A stretch of DNA of 64,000 bases from the NCBI GenBank assembly GCA_010093815.1, contig ML996584.1. One strand, 5' to 3'. Shown here piece after piece: positions 38,312-50,618 of this stretch. A model generated the notes under the pieces. That model saw only the letters and a program-made list of their open reading frames with translations. It ran no database searches and was not told where the DNA came from. A program made the translations under genes and the position numbers. The DNA comes from Pseudovirgaria hyperparasitica (taxonomy: Eukaryota). Position 1 is the stretch's first letter. Each line of letters opens with the position of its first letter.

Positions 38312-41300
38312 CCATCGCAGAAGCAGTAGATAGCAATTGGAAAAACAAGCGTCGGCTGTGGTGGTAGAGCTTGGGCCGAGTGACGGGCCTGGCTGCTGCT
38401 TTGCTCTCACTGTCTCTCTCTTACTCACACACTCTGTCCCTCTATCCCTACGATCTACTACTAATTACTACTAGTCTACTAAAATACCGAAACCTTCCAG
38501 TAGGCTACCATCTTAGTGCACCCGAGGCGTAGCGAGATGGAACGTGCGCACCTGTTCTGTAAAGTGCGCGGGTGCATTGTATGCTCTGTGCTCTGTGGTG
38601 CCCGGCGCCGGGTGTCCTGTGCAGCCCGCGGGTAGTAGTAGTTTGTTAGGGCAGTAGCGATAGACTAATAGGTTAGCAGGCAGGGCAGACAGTGGCAGGG
38701 CAGACAGTGGCAGGGCAGGCACTACCCAAATACCCAAATTACCCTTTTGTGACTGTCAACCGTGGCAAGCAGTAGTGAAGATCTTGGTGGGGAAAGTGCG
38801 ACCGTAGGCAACTACACCACCTTAAGCCTATTCCGGATAATCACCCGTGGCCGGTGATGCTATTTTTCGCTCGAGCCTGCCTGCTCCGCTCGCTCCTGCA
38901 CTGTTGCTCTGTTGCTCTGTTGCTCCTTCTCTCTCTCTTCGTTCGCTCTCGTTCAGCCGCGCTCCACTTTTAATCCGCTACTTCTGCTTACATATACCTC
39001 TCTCTGCTCGGCCGAGGATGGCCATCTCCTGAGAGGCTGAGTGACTTTGTCCTGACTCTTCTTTGCTCCAGATTGATTCATCATCAGACAGACTTCCTGA
39101 CTCTCGCTATTGTCGCCGATACGGCGGCGGCTATGGCTTGTCAAGACTTTCAAATTGCATCTAATGATGGACTCGTATCGTCGGCTCGTATTAGATTGTC
39201 AACGTTCTCAAACGCTTTCCGTACAATCCTCCCGTGCGCCCATCACCCTGCGTCTAAAATACCTCCCCTCCCATCTCCAAACCCATTTCAACACCACCAG
39301 GCCGAGCCGCTACGGGAGCTATTCCCCGTAGTCAATATCTCCACCCTTGCTCCTCTCTAGCGCCATCTGCACTGCCAGATTGGTGGTAGAGAGAGTGTGT
39401 AGACCCTCATTCTCAATAATTAGCATTCTGATACACCACTCACTATTAGGGACCTGTCAGGTGTCCAGTCGATAGATATGCTGGCTGACGGCTGCTGGCT
39501 GCTGGCTGATGGCTGATACAGCACTATGAGCTATCCAGGTAGCTAGACATTAGGGACTTGTCGCATGTCCACTCGTACTGCGACTCAAAGCGCTGCCAAC
39601 GCTGCTCCACTTCAGCCTCAAGGCGAATCATCATGACTGCAATGACTACTATATTTTACTGCTACTACGACCACAAGTACGGGCATCCAGGATAGGTCAT
39701 GTTGCCGCTGACCGGTCAAGAACGTCAGACGGTCGCATTGTTGTACCGTAAGCCTTCAGGTGCGGGAGGATTGAAGCCACGGCGGGAGGAGTGCTTCACC
39801 TTCCCACTCTTCCAGTACAGTACAGTTCGCGAGGTACTCGTAGGATTCGGCTCTGCTCGTGCCAACACATGCATGCGTGCGCAATCTCATTTCCACAGGC
39901 AGGCAGGCAGACAGGCAGGCAAGTAGGCAACAACATGTCAAGGTCAACATAAAACAGATGCCATGTGTCTAGCGGTGCCTGCAGCTGACATTAATTTACA
40001 GCTATCAGCATCCATCCCAGAACCACAGGCTCGGGTAATCGAGCGAACGCTCGGATCATCCAACAGACGAATGTTGGCTGCCTGTTGACGACTGGATCTG
40101 ATTGATCGAGGCGAGGCCTGCACTCTCTTGGGTGCTCATCATGATACATCATCTTGCTCACAATGCTCAGTGCTCGGTCCTAGGTGCTCGTTGCACGCAG
40201 CACACACCACACAGCACGCACAGGAGAAACAACAAAGTAGTGCGTGCACATTCACTACCCACTACCCACCCAAGAATAAGATAGCCGAACGGCCAAATCA
40301 GATACATGTACACTCAGCCCAGCTACAGGAACCGACGATAGCTCTCCAAGACTATACTCCGATGCGAGGCTTGTTATCTAGTGTCTGCGTTAATTTGCAA
40401 CAATTCCCTGTCCTGGTCAAGCGGCTGCTGCATGGCCACCACGCTGTGAGAATTAGGGGGTTAAGAGGAAGAGATGGTGGTATAGGGGGGGGGGAGGGGA
40501 GTAGGGGGAAAGGATCGACCGTCTCAAAACGTGGCTATCCTGTGTCGGTCTAGACTGCTTTTGGACAGTGCACACGGACCACGTCTCCCCAGCCACTCCA
40601 CTGTTGACCGCCGTTGTTGTCTTTTTGAAGTTCGTGCACTCCTTCCTCACTTCGGACGAGACAAGGGAACGACAACAACAATTCCCTCGATACTAATCTC
40701 GCCTTGTCGGAGGGAGGAGAAGAAAAAGCCTATCATCGTCCACTTATAAGCGCGCCTAGATGCTGCGATGAGACCAAATCGCTCAATGCTCTGCTAGAGA
40801 CTCGAGTACATGCAGCGATATACCTAGCAACGGTGGTGATGAGAAGCAACCATCGACGCGCGACAACACAGCACACAGCTAATAATTAGATGGGATCCCG
40901 CGACTCGGTCCCGTCCGTCGGCCGGGCTTGAGGGGCTTACAAGACCACGGTAGAGCCCGAGAGACAAGGTTATTCCGACAAATCTTAGTTGATTCCCGAA
41001 AAGTATGAAGCCGTTCAATTCTACGGTACCGCACACCGTCAATCACAACTCTCTCTCTCTCTGCCGACCGTTGGACGAATACTTGTCCCGACGGGATTGC
41101 AAGCCGGACATGACAACAACGCCCATCGGGATGAGATATACGCTACCCACTCACTGGATCCGATGCGCTTGAGGCTTCACGCTTGGGCTTTTTAGGGTTT
41201 GTCCCGCCAGGCTGATAGGCGGGGCTCGGGGCATTTGTTGTCCCGGGGTGCGCTGCTTGTGGCACGCATGTGCTTGTGCCTCTGGTCGGTCTGAGAGTGA

Positions 41301-42743
41301 ATAGTTCACAGTTTACAGTTCACAGGTTTACAGGTCACACAGTCCACAGTCCACAGTCCACAGTCCACAGCTTGTTAGACTCCGATAGAGTTCACGTCTG
41401 TGTGTCCGTCCTTGCTTACATTATCACTCGTAGATCACATCCTTTGATTAATACTCCGACGGCGGTGCAGTTTGCAGTTTACAGAGTGAGTGCTACTGCT
41501 GCTGTCTGAACTAATGGTCCGTTCAAAAGCCACCAACACAGCCGACGAGACGATGCCCTGCTATCATTGTGCTTCATCGCGCTCCATATTACCAACATGC
41601 TCATGCTGTCCTCCGACTCGTCTGTGACAAGCTCGTGGTGGCATTGGCCTGTCCTGTCTGTCCATGACGTAGAAGGCCATCCACCCATGCCCATGTGCCG
41701 AAACGCCTGCTGATCCTCCCAAGGTTGATTTCTATTTATGAAGTCGTCGCACAGCATTCTCGTCGTCGTCGTCTGCTGATCCGGAACCAGCACGCCAGCC
41801 AGCCGTGGGACAAAACGTCCATTCAGACGCTCCAGAAGGCTGGTCGATCGCCGGTACGTTATGATTGCGTTTATGTATTCCAGTTCCCGCATCCGGTTAG
41901 GCGTACCGTGGAGAGCGGACGACGTCCTATGCTTCTCACTCTCTCTCTCTCTCTCCCCACGATAGAACTCCACTTGACAACTCTTGCAGACCAGACTGAG
42001 CTGCTGCAGGGTAGTTAGGTGCACAGCTTTTGATGACTTGCGTGCGTGCGTGCGTGCGTGCGTGTGCGGCTCCGACTCCAGCTTGGGCTGTCACGCCTAC
42101 GTATGTATCGTCTTCTCACAAGCAGAAGAAGAAGCCTTGCCGTACCGCACCCAAGCAAGCCTCCCGCACGCCCCAGGGGGGGTTCTGTCTGTCTCTTCAA
42201 ACCGAGCATCCCGCATTCCCGTCCATCAGTCGATGCAGTATGGATGCAGTACCCTATGCACACACTCCAACGGTTCCCGCAGCCTCGTTCTTGACTCTGC
42301 TGAGTGCTGGCTGCTGGCTGCTGTCCATCTGTGAATGTGTCTATTTTGTACCGGCGGGCGGGGGCGCACGCACGCACCATCAGCTAGTAGCGTTCGTCGT
42401 CGTCGTCGTCGCTCGCTCGCTTTTCTGTCCAATCACCGCTCTTTTCCAATTCCCGCGTTGGGCTACGATCCTCTTTCTGGTTTTTTTTTTTGTTCTTGGT
42501 TAATTATGCAGATTGATTTCGACCATTTTGAAACAACATCTTTCCTGCGTGTGCTGCTGAGTCCTACTACTCCTCCCCTGGTCCTGGTCCCTGTCATTCA
42601 TTCCCCTATCCCCCCCGCCGAAAGACTAAAATAAAGGCCAATCATACATTCCCGTCATTTGTTGGAACTTTACCATCATCCATAGATGCTTTGAAATCAG
42701 GTATTCTGCTTTGTTGTTCGTTGTCGTTTGTCGTACACCACCA

Positions 42744-42949
<206 letters not shown>

Positions 42950-45399
42950 AATTACACCCTTAGCATCACTTCCTCTTCCGGTAATCCCGTCTCTGCGCCC
43001 GGTCTTTGGCATCTGGTGCTCGTATCCTCTTTCAGGTCCAGCTTGTTGCTGTCTGTCTATCTGTCTGTCTGCTGTCTGTCTATCCAACATCATCAATCTC
43101 CATCTCGCGCTCTCTCTTTCTCTCTCTTACTCTCGCGTCACTCCATGTACCCCTTACACCAACCATACCACGGCCGCTTTCTTCCATCGCACCCCCCCTA
43201 TCGGCCCGACTGCTTGCTGCTGCTGCTGCTTGCAGCTTTTGCTCGTCCGGCACCTCGGCCGTCGATCGATAATTAGTCAGTCTTCCTCCTCCCCCTAATA
43301 CCTCCTACTACCCCTTGGTTGCCAGTCTTTTCTAGAAATTTGTGGGAATCTGCTTTCCTTTCCGGGAAGTTTCACGGAACTAAATTTATCATTCATACAT
43401 ACCTACATACATACACACAGCCAGCTCTCTCGTCGAGATGTTCTAGTGTGGTGTGTTGTGGCGGGCTACTTTTACGCGCTGGTGGTGTGGTTGTGTGTCG
43501 TGTCGTGAGTTGTTGTTTGTGTATCGGTGTTGTTGTTATTTCTGAATGAAAGTAGGATTTGGATTTGAGAGATTTGGCTTGGCGGTGCTTGTGCTTGTCC
43601 GGCGAGTGATTTACTGGTTAGGGTATTTTGTCTGTTGATGGGGTTCGTAGACTGCTGTTGCTGTTGATGGAAGATTATGATGTGAGACTGCCTGCCTGGA
43701 TGGACGTACGTCTTTGTCTACCTACCTAGCTATCTAGCTATCTAGCTATGGATAGTAGATGCCTGCTATCAGGTTACGACTGCGTATGCACTCACCACAC
43801 AGCCAGCCTCTGCACCTCGCCTTTTCTAATTACAACAACAACAACACACATACATACATACAAACATACACCCTCTGCCCCCCAGCACACTCCCCTCTCT
43901 CACCCAAAACCCCCAAACCATCAAAATAGACCACTACCCCTCTGCACCCACACGCGCGGCTCCATCACCACCACCAACCACAGCGGTTCCTTCCCGCCGC
44001 CCACTCCCTTTCCCTCCCTCCACGCTTCCACGCGCCATGATGCAAGGGGCACAAAACAAAACCCCCCCTTTCCTTGGTTGGGGGCGGGGGCCAGGCACGA
44101 GTATGAATAAGTCTGTCGTTGTCGTTTTCAGACCCCATCGACCCCGCGAGGTATATATATTTGTTGTTGTTTTTTGGACCCTAGGCCCCCAGGATGTCTG
44201 TGTGTAGTGTTTGGGTAGCTAGTTGTCTGTCTGTCTATCTAGCTAGCCAGTTATCTGTCTATCTAGCTATCTATAGCGCGTAGTGCCGTATTGCGTATTG
44301 TCGTAGTACGCGTTGCATACAGCAGTGCTCTTGCCGCGCCCGCTAGGCAAGCGCTGGGGAGGGAATGGGCTTGCAGCGTCGTGCCCTTGCAGTCTGTTTC
44401 TGGGTCATTGGCATGGGAGGAGAGCGGTGTGGTTTGTTTGGGTATGAGTGTGTATGTGGTGGGAATTATATTGGGGATTATAATGGGGAGGGAGGTTGGG
44501 ATGAGGATTGGGATGAGAGGAATAGAATGAATTTTCGTTCTCTAATGCGGCTACTTGGCTTATGGGATGTGTTACTGGTTTGACATGAAAGGTTGAGTGG
44601 GAGTGGGAGTTGTGTATTTGCCGTGTGGGCGTGTGCTGGACTTTTATAGATAGATGGATGGATAGATACGTAGACGGATGGAAACCCGTACCACGCACTT
44701 TGGAGTTGTAACCTATAGGTAAATACGTACATACATACATTCAGATACTATGTTAACAACGCCACCACTACTCCCGTGCGCTATTCCTGTGCCGGTTCGC
44801 GCGTGTGCTTGCTTTTTTTGTCTCTATGTATGTACTATGCATATGCATATGATATACATAGGATATAGCTAGACATGCATATATAGTACCAAGACATTAG
44901 CCTCGGGACACGTCGCTGCCTGAACTGCGCCTGATTATATGCCTGATATGTTCCTAGATTGATGTGGCCTCATTGTACGTACTATGTATATGTATGTGTT
45001 TATGCATTCATATATACGATGTATGTATTTATATGCCATACGTATATACATGCTACATACCGCACGCGGAAGGATGTAGGGCAGGATGGATCAATCACAG
45101 TCAAGACAGGATCAGAGACACACTGGCTAATAACACATGATGCACAAGTAGAAAGTTGGGACAAGAGACCGTGAATGAAATTGTGTTTTTTGTCTTTTGT
45201 TGTGGTATGTTGGTTGCGTGATACTTGCATCCTATTCTGCGATTCATAGAGAAGATATTGTCTGAACAAGTCCTCTGTGCGATTTCTCGTGCTATTCTCT
45301 CTTACACCAGGCTTACAGGCCAAGGCCATACGTATACGCTGCCATGCCATGGCATATATCCAAAGAATCTCCCAATCCCTCCATCCACCACTCACTCAC

Positions 45400-48300
45400 T
45401 CACCCACTAACACTCACAAATCCCGCTGCAACGCCCTCAATCTCCCCCATCCTGCCCTTCTCCCGACCACCAACCCGCTCCCCAACCCACCCCCTCGCCT
45501 TCTCCACGACCAACTCCCAACTCTCCTCCAGATCCGCCAGCCGCCTCTCGCAGAACAGCACCACAACCATAGTCACAAATACCGCTATATCCTCCCCATC
45601 CAGTCCAGCCTTCTGTGCCCCGTGCTTGATGGCGGCATCGGTTGTGCCGAGGAGCTCGAAGAGCGCGGGAGAGGGGGTGAAGGAGCCGGTGTAGGTCTGG
45701 TGTGCGATAAGGGCTGCGAGGATGGTTTCGGGGGTCTGATGTGGTGGTGGTGGTGGTGCTTGGTTGTGGGCGGCGGGCGTTTCGTAGGAGCTCAATTGCG
45801 CGAGGTAGTTCGCTGTACGTTCCCTTGTAGGGGGTGGAGGAGGCACACTGCTAGAGACCTGGGATCCATAGTCGAGAGACGCAAACGAGCTTAGCGGCGC
45901 TTGTTCTGCATCTGATGCGACGTAGCTGGATGGGGTGAACGAGCGTGCGCAGAACGGGGATATGCTCGAGTAGCTGCGTGAGAACGAACTAGGTGACCTG
46001 CTGTATTGTGCCTGTTCCACTACTGGGGAATTGTTGGGCTCCTCTACCTCACACATCGCCTCCAAATCGCACGAGTCTGGATCTTCGACTTCTGCCAAAA
46101 AGGCTCCACGCACCCTCTCTGAGCCGCGGGAGAATTGGTTAGTAGGGGTCTCTATGTGAGGATAAGGGGGCCCGGGGCGCTTACTGCTTTGACGATTGAC
46201 AATGCTGAAGGCGGGTTCTCGTGAAGATGCCGCTTTGCGGGCCGCACGGCTTGCTAGCGCCATTCGAGGCGCCATGCAGCCTGATGGAGGGTAAGAAGGT
46301 GTTGTTTGTGGTGTGTGTTGTGTGGTACTGGGCCCTGCAAGGACGTCGAGGTCAGCATCGTCTTCGTCTGGGAGAGACATACACGCCGAGGATGACATAT
46401 CGCGCTGGTATTGTTCCAGGATGGCTTGGGGTATCATGAAGTGCATGGACTGGAGGGCTGGGGCAAGTTGGGTTTGCTCATGATCACGGTCCCGGGGTGT
46501 CGCGTGGGATCTTGTGTCCTTGGGCTCACACTCATCATCCTCGTCGTTCTCCTCCAAGGCCACGAAACTGCACCATTTGCCGCCGATCTGGAACTGTACC
46601 CCGAGACGGACAGCCTCGCGCTCTATCATCTCATCGTAGCGGCTCTCATAGTGCTCCTTGAGCGCCTTGCCAGAGTCCTGATGCTTGGCGACAGAGAGCC
46701 AGCCTCGGCCTTCTTCGAGCTCTTTGACTGCTTTCTTACACGCGAGTTGGTGGATGCTTTCTCCGGGCTCATTCAGGACTGAAATGGGGATCTCGAGTTC
46801 AAGCGGGCCGTGCTTTGAGGTGCCGCGTAAAACTACGGCTTTGGGTACTTTCTGGCAGGCTGATGGGGACATGAGTAGGTATACCGTGGTACGGTTGAAC
46901 GGGAAGAGAGGTGGGATGATTGACGGCGCCTGCAGGAGTTTTGGCGTCTCGAGAATCGGCAGATGAGAGAAGCGTGATTGGCCTGAAGGGTCGTCTTCGG
47001 GCTTAGGATCGTCTTTGTCCAAGTCCATTGTGTCATCGAACAGTGAGATGGCTTTCTATGTGCAATTTGTCAGTTCTCGAAACCGCGGAGAATACTACTT
47101 CGGAAGTACTTACACTCTCGGCTGCAGGTTTTTCTGCCTTGTCTAGCATCAGTTCGTCAAGCCTGACATGGAGTGAGTCTGCTACACGCTCGACGATCTC
47201 AAACTCTTCATCTCCAACATCCTTCTCCACGTCCTCATACTTGACCTCCAGGGTATAGTCTGTCACGTGCGGTGACAATGCACCCTTCAACATGCGGACA
47301 ACCTTACCATCTAGCTTCTCTTCGAGTCCAACAGCCTGGCAGAAGCCGTTGCCTGCTCGAGCAACACCTTCAATGAGAGAATGTGAAACGTCGTCCCCTA
47401 TGCCCAAGGTGAAAACTCGAATCGGCTGCTTCTGCTCACTGATCTGCTCGTTCAGGAATCTGAACAATGAGTCTTGATCCCAGATTTCACCATCTGTCAG
47501 CAACAAGATTTCCAGAGAAAGGTCTTTGTAACGACGCTGGACAGTCTCCTTGATAGGTGCCAGCATTTCGGTGCCGCCATAGTTGGCGCTGAAAACTTCG
47601 AGATGCTTGATGGCTTGATCAAGGGAGTCTTGGCTGTAGGCCTTGCTCTTGTCAAATAGGAAGCTGCACCGGTCTCCGAAAGAGCATATGTTAAATTTGA
47701 CACCAACCGGAAGTGATTTGACAAACACGCGCAACGCATCTGCTGTTTTCTTGATCTTGCCGCCTGCCATACTTCCACTCCGATCAACCACGAAGACTAC
47801 TTCTGGACGCTCAGACGGGAGCGAAAACTTTGGGACCAAGGTTGTCATCAAAGCTCTGTAGCCAGGCAGGGTCGGATGTCTCTCCAAGATGGCTCTAGGT
47901 GTACCGGTCTCTTTTGCGACTACTTGGAGGACAAAGTCTTTGTCAAGCTCCGCTGAACCAAGGCTGAGTGATGCTGAGGCAATGTGGTGCTGTGGGGCAG
48001 CATCGAGATCATGACTGGTTGTACCCATGTTGACTACGATGGGATGCGAAGGTGATCTAATCGACTTGATGTATGTTCCTTCTGCAACAGTAGCATCCAC
48101 GGTGATTTCGATACCACTCTTGGCTGTGATGTTTTCGGCACCAGGTGCGAGTGGGAACTCAGTTGACCCGTAACGTGGGGCAATGCTGGTAGGTATCGTA
48201 AAGCGGATACCATCGACTTCAGCATCATGTTTGAGTTCACCAAGATACGTGATTTCGACATTGATATGTGCACCAGCCGGAACATTCCCAACAGTTGTAG

Positions 48301-48715
48301 TAAAGACATCAGCGGCATCTGGCAGCTGCTCGAACAAGCCAGCCGTCTCACCTCTCTCAACGGCGTCTTTGTAATCTTTCCGTGCCCTCGCCTTCTCCTT
48401 GACGACCCCCCTGATGACCCGGTCGTTCACGTGACAAGTAAACCCAACAACGCTGACGCCATCGAACAGGGGGAAAGTGTAACGTATCTCGTCGATAGCG
48501 TTATCCTTGGGGTTGGCGAACTCCTGGGTCAGCACAGTCCGCGAGGTAGACGATATGATGTGTGTATACGCCTTTACATTGAGCTGAGGAAGATAGGAGC
48601 GTGTTGCCCAGCCACCATCGCTCGGGGTGAGGTAGTAAAATCCACAGCAGTGGTCGGAAGTGCCGTAATACCTATTGCTATAGGTTGGCCTGGCTGTCTG
48701 CTTGGTACGCGCCAT
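45400..48715 (-). CDS. VIT + von Willebrand factor A domain protein (VWA5A-like), ~1085 aa, with histone H3-tail-like segments
   Basis: VIT ('LTQEFANP..YTFPLFDGVSVVGF..GVVKEK'), vWA MIDAS DRSGS...GGT...LTDGE, C-terminal 'WELVVEKARGW'. Intron 47113-47056 (gtaagt..ctgac..tag) joins the two ORFs in frame. First ATG at 48715 (aacATGG). Confidence 0.92.
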
Positions 48716-50618
48716 GTTCAGTACTTGCAACCAATGGTCAGCACGACTGAGCACGATAGTTGATGTATCGAATCCCTCACAATGTTGACTTTGCGGTGTT
48801 TTGAAGCGAGTGGGGCTGTGCAAGCGGGTGATTTGGCCAGGTTCGGAAAATAAGGCTGAGTTTGATGAGATGACTCTGAGGAGATACCAAAATGGTGTTT
48901 GGGGTCTGAGTTGTTGTAGACTGGTGCATCAATGGAATAAAATGCGGGGAAGATGCGTATTTATCTTCGAGACCTCGTTGTTGCCTGCTGAGGAAGAGGT
49001 GCCTGGTAACAGTCTACAACACCAAGTGACCAATCAGAGCCACACTTGGCCATCCCAGAACGATGTAAGCCAGGCTTGATTAGGCATAAGAGTCATCATA
49101 GTCTTGCACTAGGCAGGATTTGGGTCCCGTCTCGCAATGGCCTAGTCGTGTAGACGTACGACGAAGGGAAGCCATGCCAGCCGTTTGGTCTTTACTGTTC
49201 ATAGCATAATCATGTCAAGATCCGGTTTCGATTTCACAGTTTGTCAAACATGAGCTGGCTGGTGAGGTTTTGGATCGTTTGCTTGCAAGCGAACTTGGCA
49301 CTGCAAGGCAATAAGGCAGCGATGTACCACGAGTGAAATCGCCTCCTTCTACTGGTGTCAACCTAGTTTGCACTGTATGGATTATGCTTGATGTTTTTTA
49401 TTGGTAAATGTAATGCGAAAAAGTTCTCTCGTCACCTGTCCAAAGTCGTCTGCAAAGCAAAGCGCTTTCGTATTCCTGTAGCCTGAACGAGCCGACATGT
49501 CACAATTTCTTGCGCTTCACCCTAGCTCTCTATCGTTTCTTCTCTCGCCCTAAGCTTACGAATCATAACAAGAAAACTTCCCTTTCACCAGCCTTCCGTG
49601 CATTTACGGACGCCCCTCCTCTCCATCGATCAAACTTCTGCTTTACCTGCATACACTAAACAGCCACCCCTGAGCCTCATACAGAATTCCCCAATTCACT
49701 ACTTAGTGTCTAGAGTTCCGTCTAGCATGGGACTCCCTATAATATGATGTTGTCTAGAGATGGTGCGTCTCCTTGGCGTGTGCTGGACACGGAGATAATA
49801 CGCTCGAGCGATGAAGCACGGTGAACAGGTGGAAGTAGGTACTGTACGAAGTGGATGCGGATGTGTCCTAATAGTGTAGATGCAGAATGTAGAACCTACA
49901 TAAGCCAGATCACTGTTTGCTTATAGTTCGAGGGTAGTGTAGGAGGGCATGCTGTTGCCCGTGTCCTGCTTAATGCCTGTACCACGATGTGGCTCCGGCC
50001 AATGAGTTACACATACAAATGCTAGGGGTACAAGCCTAGGTATGGTCTTATCGCCAACAACGTTTGTTGCGCAAACAAAGACTATGACAAGGTCTGGCAG
50101 CTGGGGTGAAATAAGGGTGTTAGACTGTTGCATCTGGGGTGAACCTAGCGATCGCCGTAGCGTAAGCTTGCGTACAACTGTTACAGTTCTGATCGATCAC
50201 TCTAGATATAAATGAGACATTGTGAGCTATGGATAGGTAATTTCTGAGCGTGGGGCTAAGAACTGCTCTTAGCTTCCTAGGGAATCTCTAGCCATTTCAG
50301 TGAGGCCTAGCGACTTATTAGAAAAACTTGCTAGCACAGTATCAAGTACGGTTATGATGAATCTTGGCTGAGCAGTCCGATTGTGTACGAATCATATGTA
50401 AAATGTAGCATAGCTTGATGTAACTTGTAGATGCGGACGCCATGCTATTTGAGCTCTCCATTTATATATCATCGTATACATCAATTTACTCTTCAATATC
50501 TGCAACTACAAGTTCTAACACTCATGGGAAGTCATCTTTGTGTCGTGCCCGTAATTGATCAAGCCACAAGTCCCAAAAGACTGTTCCCAGAATAATCTAT
50601 CTAATCATCAGAAATCTC

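Noticed and set aside
47028..47113. Apparent stop or frameshift splitting the vWA gene
   Set aside because: Explained by a canonical 58-nt intron that rejoins the frames (AAES-KAISLFD)
45400..48715. A true histone H3 gene or H3 fusion
   Set aside because: No histone-fold sequence is present; only tail-like segments
48716..48823. 36-aa N-terminal extension of the vWA ORF
   Set aside because: Starts at TTG; the first ATG, in strong context, is at 48715
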